Made by a program: the position numbers and the translations under genes
Assembly: GCA_951406725.2 (NCBI GenBank)
Contig: OX597817.1
Coordinates: 129,146,001 to 129,210,000 of the forward strand
Length of the DNA: 64,000 nucleotides
DNA from: Octopus vulgaris
Lineage: Eukaryota
Direction: 5' to 3'
Shown here: positions 52,085-64,000 of the stretch, one piece after another
Layout of the letters: each line of letters starts with the position of its first letter
Position numbering within the stretch: position 1 is the stretch's first letter
The notes under the pieces: generated by a model
Told to the model about the DNA's origin: nothing
What the model saw: the letters and a program-made list of their open reading frames with translations, nothing else
Databases searched by the model: none

Positions 52085-52560
52085 CACACGGCCAGCAATT
52101 ATGAGGAAAGGTTACAGTGCTTAAGTTATCAACTCCGAAATGATGAAAGGCAAATTTGACCCCAGCAGCGGCATTAGTTGAGGGAGGCATGAGAAAGGTA
52201 GTTTACAATTTGCATGGGGGCTTATATTAAAGATGAGAAGAAAGAGGAGATAGAAAATATGATAAAAAGTATATTGTAGATAAACTATGTAAACAAATGT
52301 ATGATACAGTGCACCTCCTAGAGGACAATTTCTAACAACTGCCAATCAAGGAACCGCAGAGATCTAAGCCCATCATCCTTAAATATATTTGACACAGTCA
52401 ACTACCTTTCGACAACGTCATTAGGAGTAAGTAATTCACACTTTCTTTCTTTTCAAATGGAACTTGAAAGAAATTATTGAGAGCTTCACCGAACAGAATT
52501 GTATCCTCAATCCATTTAGTCGCGACTAGTACACAAACTCTTTCAGCATAACCTCTAGAC

Positions 52561-52816
52561 CAGTGTTTCTCAACCGTTTTTTACCAGTAGACCTCTTTAT
52601 TTCTCAGTTTACCCTATTGGGTTCCACATAGCCATTCGTTGTTTTAAAATCTTATTATATTTTTATAATTAAATACTATAAGAAATTGTATAAATAGAAA
52701 TTCTTAAAATATTTTGTCCATTGCAGAAGTAAAACCAATTTATTATACGTAAGTTTTAAGAATAAAATCTTACATGGACCTCCAAGAATCATATGGACCC
52801 CGATTGAGAACTACTA
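52561..52816. mobile_element. hAT (Charlie-like) MITE
   Basis: TIRs cagtgtttctcaacc / gattgagaactacta; imperfect 8-bp TSD ctctagac / ttctagag (NTCTAGAN). Confidence 0.8.
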
Positions 52817-52829
52817 TTCTAGAGAGAAA

Positions 52830-53720
52830 CCCGCTGCTCCGCTTCGTCACAGGTGTGTGGTGGAGTGATCCTCATGATAGACTGGGACAGTAACAGGATT
52901 CGTCCTGCACGCCACAACAGTCGTTCAATTTAACTCCACAGGTCAGCAATGTTCGGATACTGCACGAGGGCGTGCAATGCAGTGTTTTCGTTTCGTGCGC
53001 ATGTTAGACAATCCCACCTGCTTATACTTTCGTGCCTGTAGACTTTATCTCGAATTGGTAGCGCTTTCTCGCAGCATTACCAGATCGGGTATCTTTGTAA
53101 GTTAACCATGGTAGTCCCCGGCCCGACAGTCTGCTGAAACAGACCAGCAAGATCATCCTCATCGACCTATAGGGTTTCCCCGAGAAACTCATCATTCTTC
53201 CATATGACTAAATCTGTATATATTGCTCATGTAGAATTTCCACCGAACACTTTGCCTGACTGGTACGGAACGGTGAGCATCTGACGACATTTCAAGTGCC
53301 ACCTAATCTTGGAGTTTTCTTGATCCAGGACTGCAACTCCGTCAAAGAGATTACCTTTCGAAAACCGCATCCTGCAAACGAAGACGACACCTGCTCACCG
53401 TACAGAATAAGTTGTAGGTGATGCAAACTTAGCACATTTCTGTGCTTCAACTGCCTCAGCATGCCGAGCACACCTTTAGGAGGACTCAGGCAACAGATGG
53501 ATCACATGAGCAGTGAAAACGTCCTTTCCACAGGAAGCAGAAAAGAAGACGTTTCAATCTGGCCAAATGGAACTGGAAAAAACCACAATGGTTATTCAGT
53601 AAGTTATAACAGAAATAATTTGTGCGCAATTAGCTTTCTCTCAGTCTATTTCTGAGTCTGGCCGCTCTACTCATAACCTCGTCACAGCCCGGTCCACCTA
53701 AAGGCCGGGGCACCAGCCAC
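52830..53720 (-). mobile_element. Possible LINE 5' UTR plus APE start
   Basis: GC-richer block; the minus strand has GT*NV (TWNV-like) near 53300; otherwise weak. Confidence 0.3.
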
Positions 53721-55282
53721 CTATTAGTGTTACAGAATTCTTCACTAGCCTAAATTTCGTAATACAACCATTAATTTCTGGATACTGCTTGTAACTCCAC
53801 GCTAACGGAAATGCGTGTAAATATTAACAGCTTAAAATTACATGATACCTAATATCAATTTGATATAGTACGTTAATATGCCCGCCCGGTTCTCTTGTTT
53901 TCTTCTGTCTCCACAGAAGTTGTTCTTTACATTCTACTAACTTAGTACTTCAAATTTATTTTTCTCCTAAAAAATACCTATAATCTATCTTCTCTTCAAC
54001 ATCTTAATTTTCATTGCTCTCATTTTCTTGTCAATACCTAACTGCTACCACCTCTGCCACCGACCATATTTGTGTTTGTTCTAATGCAACTAATCCCTCT
54101 TTCCCATTGCTCACAACATTCTTAATAATGACTTTCACCTTGTTTGTGATTGTCCTAATTGAATTAACCTAGGTTTCACCGTTAACTTTAATTGTACAGG
54201 ACTTCTCGCCACGTACGATTTCAAATTTCGACAACATTACGTTTTTCATTATTTCATTTCCAATCTTGCGGTTGGACGAAAATAATTTTTCTGGATTCCA
54301 CTCTTTTGCTTTTTGGTGTGTATAAATTCTTTCCTAACATCACCATTAGATTTTGTCACAAAAGATTACATTTTAGGGCATTAAACTTGTTCATGAATAT
54401 TAGAAAGAGACCAGCAAGTGAAAGTTATTGTGCGAAGAAGTGCCGAAAAGGGATTGTGTTGGACGTTTAACTTTCTGAGGAAAGGAAAGCGCAACTATAT
54501 TGCAAAAACATTAAAGTTTGCGAACACTGACAATCATTACTTGACAATAATTATAAAATTAGCTCGGTTATCCAAACAGTTACTCTGTTGTTTCCTAGAT
54601 CTGATGTAATGCTTGAAACGAAATCACTCGTGAGCGTATGTATAGATGATTTGACAGGATGTAATGTGGCGAGAAATACGATTGTCAAGTATATTGAAAT
54701 TACAATTTTGTAAGACGATATGCAGAAAGTGGAATGTACAAATTCTTTTCTGATTAATAAAGGTTGGTTTAAAAGATCTAAATTTCCACACGGTTTCATT
54801 TTTGCCCTGTTGTAAAATGATACGACACCAAGCTTAATATTTCCAACAAAAGAGTGCTTCTTTTAGGTAATGCCCCAAACGATGTTAAGTCACCAAACGA
54901 AGTTGAGTCATCTTTGTCCTAATGTGAAAGCAGTATATTTCCATGCACAATTTTGCCACAGCCTATAGATCAAGGTGATACTTCAAATTCAAGGCATTTT
55001 ATCTGAGAATTTGAAACAACCCAAGAATGCAATTGCTACAGAAGAGATTATTTGTCTAAAATGATTTTGCATTTCCTAAAACGATAATTTATAAGGAATG
55101 ATCCTGACGTGCTAGAAATAGTAAGTAAAGAAACCCCAAAAGACAAAATAACGTCTTATGAAAGCAAGGAACCATTCGACAATGCAGTGTCAGATATACA
55201 AAAAACTGAGATACCCACGGCTGGAATATCATACTATTATGATTGCGTATGAAAAGGTGATAAACAATTACTGATGCTGCTG

Positions 55283-55325
<43 letters not shown>

Positions 55326-55655
55326 CACGACAGAACTAGTAATGTAACGACTGTATGGCGCTGTATCAATGACCTATCACAGACGGATCCACATGAAGAC
55401 ATCGATAGGTCGTTAACCCAGCACTCAATTCTTTGCTCAAGTTCTTCTAACCGGAAGTATTTTTCATCCATTATTCATTGTGGTTACTTTATTGTAACAA
55501 ACTCACAAGGTTGAGATGACTTACTAAGGTCATTGACACAACCGCTCCTTTCCTGGTTAACAAGACACGCGTATGCATTTGCATGCACGCACGCACACGC
55601 ACGCACATGTTTTGCGTTCTTGTCCCATTTTGTATTTTATACATATATATGTATG

Positions 55656-55705
<50 letters not shown>

Positions 55706-55706
<1 letters not shown>

Positions 55707-56887
55707 TAGCATTAAAGACCCGTCGTTGCCGGGTCATAGTGCTAGTGCATGTATATGTGTGTATATATATGTGTACATATTACATGTACATCTATATATA
55801 TACATCTAAACATATAATACAAAATACAAAATTATATCTTGATATCGCTAGTGATAACAATGCTCAAAATATATAACAGACTGGAATTGTTAGCCCGTCT
55901 CTTGTAATTTCAATCATTTGTATCATGTCCTCCTTCTTGTATAGAAGTGTGGCTACAATCCAGCCTACTTCTACTTCTGGTCGGGGGGGGGGGGGGGGGA
56001 GCATTTAAAATTTTTTTCCGGGACGTCCTACGTCCCAGATATAAAGGTAATAGTAAAATATTTCCACTTTGCAAGTCCGAGTCGTGTACTCCCTTGCACG
56101 CTCCGTTGACTCGAACCTTGCTTCTATTGTGGCGAATTTACCGCCTCTGATTAGATATCTTTCATAGTCGCACCAAGACACTTTTCGAAGGTGCTTTCCT
56201 CCATGTGTTCAAATCTTCTTTTTTCTCTACATTGTGTACTTTATAGACAATAGTCTTTTCCTTAATTTAATTTTTTATTATCCATCTGGACTATTTCATT
56301 TCTGCACGCTAATTTTACTTTTAATTTATTTCCATTCATGTGAAACCACTTATTCAAGTTCAAGTCATTGATGCAATTTTATACCAATTGCTATTTTTAC
56401 TTTTGTTATGTTACGATTATATTATACTTTAGTTTGATTTTAATTATTACTTACTACATATAATTCAATTGTTATTATTATTTTTATTGTTAAAGTGAAA
56501 GTATCTGACAAAATAGAGAAATGTTTTTGTTTCACTTTTAACACGTAATACTGAAATAGTGGAAAATATGGGCTCGCTCTAGGCAAGATGTTGAACATTT
56601 TTTTTGCCCATGAAACTACATGGACCCTAAGTAAGGCATGTGTAAAATTTGAATGAAATTGGTTGAGTAGTTCTCAAGTTTTAGGGAATCGTATTGGAGA
56701 AGATATGATGTTGCTGTTGGCTCGCCCTAGGCAAAAAGTTCAAAATTTGTTTTTGCCAATGACACTCTCCGGACCTTAAGTAAGGCATGTGTAAAATTTG
56801 AATGAAATTGGTTGTGTAGTTCTCAAGTTTTAGGGAAACACGCAGACAGACAAACAGACACACATTCTCAGTTTTATATATATAAAT
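55706..56887 (-). mobile_element. Helitron-like non-autonomous element with internal ~145-bp duplication
   Basis: 3' end: hairpin gacccg..cgggtc next to CTAG; 5' end: tatatataaaa..tgtctgtctg; duplicated unit gctcgc..taggcaa..taagtaaggcatgtgtaaaatttgaatgaaattggttg at ~56570 and ~56720. Confidence 0.7.
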
Positions 56888-56999
56888 GTATATATAAACT
56901 TACTTGGATGCGTGGCGTTCAATCATATAATAATATAAATAATATATATATATATATATATGCATATACATACATATATATATATATATATATATGCAT

Positions 57000-58320
57000 G
57001 AGCACGGTCCGTGGACCGTGTATCTGCTCTCTCTCCCCGAACCCGCCCTGTAGTCTCCCGCCTCTCTTTTCCCCTCACTTGCCACCCCACTACCCTACGT
57101 CTCCAACGCACCATTCTTCGAGCTTTCCGCCATCTCCAGTCCGACCCGTCCACTTCACACCTCTTCCCTAACCGACCCCTCCCCTCTTTCAAACGAGCCC
57201 ACAACCTTCGAGACCTTTTGGTCCATAGCTCCTTCCCTGACCCTACCTCCCAACCCGGCTCGTTCCCCTGCTCCCGCCCACGTTGCCGCACTTACCCTTA
57301 CCTCTCCAACACCACCCACCTCACTAGCACCCACCATCGACCCTATCCCATCATCCACTCCTTCACCTGCACCTCCAGCAATATTATCTATTGCGTCTCT
57401 TGCTCTCTCTGCAATTCCTTGTACATCGGACAAACGGGACGCCGCTTGGCTGACCGGTTCGCGGAACACCTTCGTGACATCCACCTTGCGAACGACACAC
57501 CGGTCTCACGCCATTTCCGCTCCATCGGTCACTCCTTGCAACACCTATCTGTGTTCGGTTTGTCCTTACACAGAGGCCATCCGGATTCCCGTTTGCGCCG
57601 TGAACAGGAATTAATCTTCTCTCTTCGCTCTTATACGCCATTTGGTCTCAACTCTCCCCCCCCCTCCTCATCTAACCCCCTCTCCCCCCTCCTAATCTAT
57701 CCTTCCCCCCGACCCCTACTTCTTCAGTCCTTCATCCTTTCACCCCTACTCCCCTTCCCTTCTTCCCTCTGCTCCCTCACTCCCCTTCTCTCTCCCCCTC
57801 CCCCTCTTTCCTCCTTCCTCCCCCTCCTCCTCCCCCCTCCTCAACCCCTTACTTCTCCCCCTCCTCTCCTCTTCCCCCTCTCCTCTCCCTCTCCCCCTTC
57901 TCCCCCCTCTTCTCCCCTCCCCCTCTTCTCCTTACTACACCACACGACTTTACACATCACATCATATATGATGTACCATACTAATACATACACCAACCCT
58001 ATACATACGCCTGTCCAGACCTATCCTAGGGTCATTCAGCCCTATTATCAACCCTATTATCTCCCCTTATTTCGCTCTCGCGTCTCATGTTTGATCTTTG
58101 ACCTCTGGCCGAAATCAGATCGCCATGTTGATTCGTTAGTTACTGCACGCATTTTTTTTCTCTCCTTCTTTCTGTGTTTTTTCTCTCTCTGTGTATCTTT
58201 CTGTTGAAGAGCGTAGGCTCGAAACGTTAAAGACTTGTTTTATTTATATTTCCTGAGCGCCATACTAATACAATTGTTTGTTTGTTTTCCATCTGCCTTC
58301 GTCTTTTGTCTATTTTCATA
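57000..58320 (+). mobile_element. 5'-truncated Penelope-like element: GIY-YIG ORF, C-rich tract, hammerhead-bearing terminus
   Basis: Open frame FKRAHNLRDLLV..CSRPRC..FTCTSSNIIYCVSCSLCNSLYIGQTGRRLADRFAEH..PVSRHF..REQELI..L....PFGLN; motif at 58196-58233; flanked by (TA)n. Confidence 0.93.
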
Positions 58321-58330
58321 AAGCTTCCCG

Positions 58331-58409
<79 letters not shown>

Positions 58410-58730
58410 TATATACATACATATATAAGTATATATATATATGCATATATGGGTACAGGACGTCACAAAACGTAAACAACATGAATTATGAAATACGAAA
58501 ACATGGAATACGAACTTTTTTTGCGAACATCAGAAGAAACAAATGGAAAAACAATATAAATAACATAAAGAACGAACATGAAGAACGAACCAATCAGTTG
58601 TCGGCTGTTTATCTACACATTTCAAGCAATTACGACAATCTCTACTTTCGAGGAAACAGTTGCTTCCGCAGACCAAAATAAAATTTGGGATTTGCGGAGG
58701 GTCAAATATATACATACACATCCGTATGTA

Positions 58731-58766
<36 letters not shown>

Positions 58767-58877
58767 CGTGTGTGTGCTTGTGTGTGCGTGTGTGTGTGTA
58801 GTCCACCACCACTTAAAATTGCTGGCCTTGAGTCTAAATTATAAAAACAATTCTTATATTCTTTTATTACTTGACTT

Positions 58878-59300
58878 TTTATTTGCATCAGTCATTCGAT
58901 TGCGTCCATGCTGGGGCACACATTGAAGGATTTTATCGAACAAATTGCCCCCAGTACTTATTTCATTTTTTCAAAGTTTGGTATATGTAGTGTCGGTCAC
59001 TTTTTGGGTTGTAAACAAACCAACACCAGTTGTCTAGCAGTGATGGGGGCAAGAAAGATCGTGCACTCGCGATCGCGCATACACATATATAAATATACAT
59101 ATGTATACACAGACACCCACACGCACGCTCATATATATAGATATATACAACGGGCTTCCATGCTGTTTCTGCCAACCAAACTCTTTCATAAGTCAATGAT
59201 CGATTCGTGGCTGTAGCAGAAGACACATGCCGAAGGCGTTACGCAGTGAGAATGAATCTGAAAGCACGTGGGTGCGAACCGAACTTCTTAACCACACAAC
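58878..59300 (-). mobile_element. SINE family A, old diverged copy
   Basis: cagtcattcgattgcgtccatgctggggcac..gtagcagaagacacatgcc..accacacaact. Confidence 0.75.
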
Positions 59301-59483
59301 TATGTAGAATGAAGAATTTCTAGTTGGTTTCGAATCTCGCCACAAAACAAGAAAGTTTTGTATAGAAGAATACTGTTTAAGTTCGAAGTTTGGAATGTCA
59401 CCAGAAGGCAGTTCACGGAGTTACAGTATTGACCCAATCGAACTTGGGCTTTTGACATTGTTAGTCTACCCATGTTAGGGACC

Positions 59484-59735
59484 GTGGAGGTGCGTGGCTT
59501 AGTGGTTAAGGTGTTGGACTTATGATCGTAAGGTTATGGTTTCGGTTCCTGGACCTGTGGAGGCATTGTGTTCTTTAGCAAAACACTTCATTTCAGGTTG
59601 CTCCAATCCACTCACCTGGCAAAAATGTTTAATCCTGTTATGGCCCGGTGGTCCCGTCCTGGTGGGGAATTTATACGCCGTGGAAACCAGGGAACCGACC
59701 CTTATAAGTCGGTATGATTCGAGAAGGAGACTTTA
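59484..59735 (+). mobile_element. SINE family C-related
   Basis: gtggaggtgcgtggcttagtggttaagg..tatgatcg..gtgttctttagcaaaacacttc; the 3' part resembles the 32526 copy. Confidence 0.8.
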
Positions 59736-60479
59736 TCTTTTTACCATGTCAGAGACCAGCGCTGCATATTTTCCCCCTTCCCGGCATAACTCCTTTTACA
59801 GGTGTAAACTCTTTCATCGTGACAAGGTCGCACATCTTCGGAGACTATTGATTAAATGAACCAAATTACTTCATGGGTATTTCATTTTATCGTTTTATCG
59901 ATCCCGGAAAAATAAACTGTCGGATTTTCTAAATTTTAGTTTCAGAGTGACCAACCTTGGATCACTTTGTACATCAATTGAGAGTTTGCGAGTCTTTTTG
60001 TATGACCCAGCTCTAAATTTTCTAATGTATCATTACTTTTCTTTTGAGATGATCGGGTGTGATGTGGGAGAAATTTTCATTAGGTCGAACCATAATGTAA
60101 AAGTTTCCTTTTTAATTCAAGCTGGAGTCTACTGAGATGAATTCGCTGAGTGAACAAGGCACTGAAAGAATTTACAGAGACTTTAAAAATTAGTTAGTGA
60201 TAAATAAAACCACAAGATAAGGTTTAACAACGGCTTTGTTTACCTTTTTACAAACCAAAATATTAATGTAGGTATGAAAAGCTATATCAAGCATCATAAA
60301 TAATATATGAGATCTATATACGCCAAAGAAACACGCAGGAACGTTGGAGGTTACAAATGAAATCAAAGGTACAAAGTGACTTGTCACCGAGATGAAGATG
60401 AATTCGACGTTCTACAAGTTTATTCGCGTTATATACATTTTAGAGCACGCGCGCGCGTGTGTGCGAGTGTACGTTGGTA

Positions 60480-60522
<43 letters not shown>

Positions 60523-60804
60523 ACACACTCGTGCGCTCACAGATATGTTTGCATGTCTTGTATGTCTGTATATAATGAGTTTATAGAGTGTTGGGAAAAA
60601 AGCAAACATGCCGGTGGATGAATAGCTGGGCATAGTCTGTAGAATCTGTCGGTGACGAAAAGCCCGAATATCTTAGTTACTGGCAAAAACTGGTTTCGTG
60701 AGCCCATGTTAGTTTTAATGTGAACTTAACTGCAACTCTGCAACTCTTAGCTGCCGGTATGATTTACTGAGCTGATCACTGTTCAATATTTTGATCACCA
60801 GTAG

Positions 60805-61000
60805 GGTGGCGTGCTGGCAGAATGCATACCAGCATTTCGTCCGTCTTGACGTTCTGAGTTCAAATTTCACTGAGATCTACTTTGCTTTTAATCCTTTCGG
60901 AGTCGATAAAATAAGTATCTGTTGTGTACTGGGGTCGATGTAATCGACTTACCCCTCCCCCAAAATATATTTTGTGCCAAAATATGAAACCAATATTTTG
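60805..61000 (+). mobile_element. SINE family B
   Basis: gctggcagaat..gagttcaaattt..atcctttcggagtcgataaaataagta..ctggggtcgatgtaatcgact. Confidence 0.85.
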
Positions 61001-61139
61001 GTCACCAGTAAAAGCTGTAACTGAATAGAGATTTCATAGCAGCTTTGCCCTCAGTGGCTGCTATATCTGTTGTGACTATGACTGCCACGACGGCGACTCA
61101 GAAACAGCAACGCTCGCTAATATAGCACTGGTAGCAAAA

Positions 61140-61350
61140 GGTAGCGAGCTTGCATAATCGTTAGTCCACCGGAAAAAATGCTTAACGTCATTTCGTATGG
61201 CTCTACACTCTGACTTCAAAATTTCCCCGAGGTTCACTTTGACTTTTGACCTTTCAAAGTCGATAAAATACGTACAAGTTGAGTTCTGGGGCCGTTGTAA
61301 TCGACTAGGACCCTCACACACAGTTTCAAGCCTTGTACCTATACTAGAAA
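61140..61350 (+). mobile_element. SINE family B, degraded
   Basis: gcgagcttgcataatcgttag..gaggttcactttgac..gtcgataaaata..tgtaatcgact. Confidence 0.7.
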
Positions 61351-61857
61351 GAATAAATATAGCATCGGTCGCGTCGTGGTTTGGTTTGTAAAGTGAAGAC
61401 ATAATTACACTTATTAACGAGGTAAATGCCCTGGTCTGATTGGTCTTCAAGGTGATGACGTAGGTGAGCATGTGAACACTGACGTGTATGGGCGGTGAAT
61501 AAACAGGTGGTTGTGCCAGGTGATTAGTCTGAAAAGCAATGACGTTAGCATTCTTTTTAACACCAGTCTGTCATGTCTTAGACGATTGTTGACAAAAGTA
61601 AAATAGTGAATCTACGGTCGAGTAATTAGGCTTCCAGAGAAATAACAACATGCAGTATTTGCTACAAACTAATAGTTATTCTGATCATGGATGTCTGTGT
61701 ACGACCCACGCATATTACAAATTTTATGCAGTCGTTTAAGGTTGTTTAAGGTTGCACTTCGGTAAGCTAACCTGCGTGTCTTATCAGTTATAGTCATCCA
61801 CTCGCTTGTGGCCTAACAAGTCTAAGCAAGCCATTAATCAATTAATCATTGATTCCA

Positions 61858-62567
61858 ACTCGAATGTGCCAACATTGTTAACTCTCAGTTACAAGCCAAT
61901 GGAGGAATTCACATGGTCCCGCGATCTACCAGAATCAACAGATTTATTTTCCTTAAAATAAAGCAGTAATTTTAGCAGCTCGAGAGACCAACCGCATTAC
62001 AAAAAAAATCAATATATTGTAGAAAACAAGAAGCACACACATGCGCCCATTCATTACTTTTTTTTAAAGATTAAACGGCGCCATTATATCTTATTAAAAG
62101 AAAAAATTTAGCTTTAACTTTTTTTTAAAATATTATCTAAAAATAAATCTTTCAGATCTCAAAGAGCGTAGTTTTTTGTGAATCCACCATTTTCTCACCC
62201 CTTCATCTGGTCAATACCGTAATTCCGTGAACTGCCTCCTGGTGACATTCCAAACTTCGAACTTAAATAGTACCCTTCCATAAAAATGTTTTTGATTTGT
62301 GGCTAAGTTTGAAACCAAATATAAATTCTTCATCCTCCATGGCTGTGTGGTTAAGAAGCTCGGTTCGGACCCACGTGTTTTCGGATTCGAATATACCAAC
62401 ATTATTAACTCACAGCCGCAAGCCAATGGAGGAATTTACGTCATTTTCCCGCGATCTGCTAGAAACAGCATATATTTATTTTCCTCAAAATAAAGCAGCT
62501 ATTCTAGCAGTTAGAGAGACCAACCACATTACAGAAAAAAAATGTCAATATATTGTTGAAAACGAAG
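61858..62567. repeat. Direct duplication of ~175 bp (61858-62030 / 62386-62567)
   Basis: ccaacatt.ttaactc.cag..caagccaatggaggaatt..cgcgatct..aaaataaagcag..gagagaccaacc.cattaca..tcaatatattgt in both copies. Confidence 0.85.
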
Positions 62568-63853
62568 TAACAGGCGTAGACATGATTATGGCTGAAGTCT
62601 GAACTCTGCAAACATGAAGCGTAACACAGACTGAAATAAAGACAGTGAAAGACAGACTGCAGAGGTAACGGGAGTGTAAGGAATGAGCATAAAACTGTAC
62701 ATAATATGGTGGTTAACGAGAGAGAAGCGATACAATGAAGGGGAGAGAAAATAGTGGGTGCATAAAGAACTACGCGATTAGAGATCTGAGAGATTTCTTT
62801 TTAGATAATATCAAAAAAAAATTGGCTAAATTTATTCATTTCAAAAGACGTAATGGTGCCGTACTTTCACGCATGAGTGTGTCCATGTGAATACTTCTTG
62901 TGTGCATGCGGTGTGCAGCATGTATGTGGAAGATAGCAGGGATGTGGAGGTGAAGAGTAAAAGAGAGGGATGAAGGGAGAGGGGGCAGTTAGTGTGTGTG
63001 CATAGGAGAATTTTAAGCTATACATTTGATACAAAATATCTGTGTATGTATGTGTGTGTGTGCGCGCGTGTGTGTATATGCGTCTCTCTGTATGCATGGA
63101 TATATATATATATCAGGTGGCGCTATTAAGTTAGACACGGTCTGAGCCAATCTTTGGTCGAAACATATCTTAATTATACATACATATAAATATATATATA
63201 TATATAATCATATTATATTATATATGTCTTTACAGACTACAGAGTCTGCGTGTGCATTTTTTAAAAATCTTTCTCTCCTTCCCCCTTTTCTCGTTGCCCT
63301 ATTTTTTTATGTAAGCCCCACACAATTTTTAACCTGTGTTTGCAATGCAGTACCTTATCGGACGCCCATACTGTAAAATAAATCATCATTATTATCGTCA
63401 TCGTCGTAGTAGTAGTAATCGTCGTCATCATCATCATCATCACACACGCAAACACTGTTAGACTTACTACGAAACAATGGTGGCGTTGTAAGTAATCTTA
63501 TATATCATATTCATATTTTCTTCATCCAGCTACGTCAGGTAAATGTACTAAGTACTCAGAATGAAATTGAAATACATTGAGATATAGGCTTTGAGGGCAC
63601 TCACTACATACCGTGAATAATAAAATATAGTGTACTGTTTCAGTATATTCGCGAATTAATAAAACATGGAGACTTCTTATTTTGTCCACTAGAAATTGGG
63701 GCTTTGTATGTGTTGCCACCTACTGAAAGTGGAAAGCACAGCCGCACAGAGGTGTATGCTCATGAGTGTGTGAGTGCGCTTGTATAATAGATATAACTAC
63801 CTACCTACCTACCTGTCTATATACCTACCTACCTATATACATACATACATACC

Positions 63854-63924
<71 letters not shown>

Positions 63925-63949
63925 ATATATTTATATAGGCATATATATA

Positions 63950-64000
63950 GGCGGCGCTCCAGCATGGCCGCAGTCAAATGACTGAAACAGAAAATAGAAA
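63950..64000 (+). mobile_element. SINE family A 3' tip
   Basis: ggcggcgctccagcatggccgcagtcaaatgactgaaac. Confidence 0.8.

Noticed and set aside
57011-58207. 398-aa ORF as a host gene
   Set aside because: It is a PLE endonuclease fragment reading through into the C-rich UTR.
63477-63544. Plus-strand ATG exon plus 9-nt micro-exon (63530-63538)
   Set aside because: It needs a ~42-nt intron; the signals are short enough to be chance.

Overview
AT-rich, microsatellite-dense eukaryotic DNA that looks intronic or intergenic. The SINE and repeat families resemble those of an octopus (coleoid cephalopod) genome; this is an inference from recognised motifs, not a database search. I found no convincing host protein-coding gene. 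Most listed ORFs are artefacts of (TA)n, (TG)n, (TACA)n, (TAA)n and (CTA)n tracts. The window is a mosaic of three tRNA-derived SINE families, decayed LINEs (CR1/Jockey-like, RTE-like, R4/Dong-like), Penelope-like elements (PLEs) with GIY-YIG endonuclease remnants, Tc1/mariner, hAT-MITE and Helitron-like remnants, plus an unnamed ~200-bp repeat. The most interesting signal is about ten minimal type-I hammerhead-ribozyme-like motifs, mostly at presumed PLE termini. They include a near-intact one at 41036-41077, a U3:A8 covariant form (23970, 24266) and a shared A6U core variant (14817, 58196). Antisense tRNA-like modules lie inside repeat arms, and inverted SINE pairs could form dsRNA. Coordinates were counted by eye; element boundaries are approximate.
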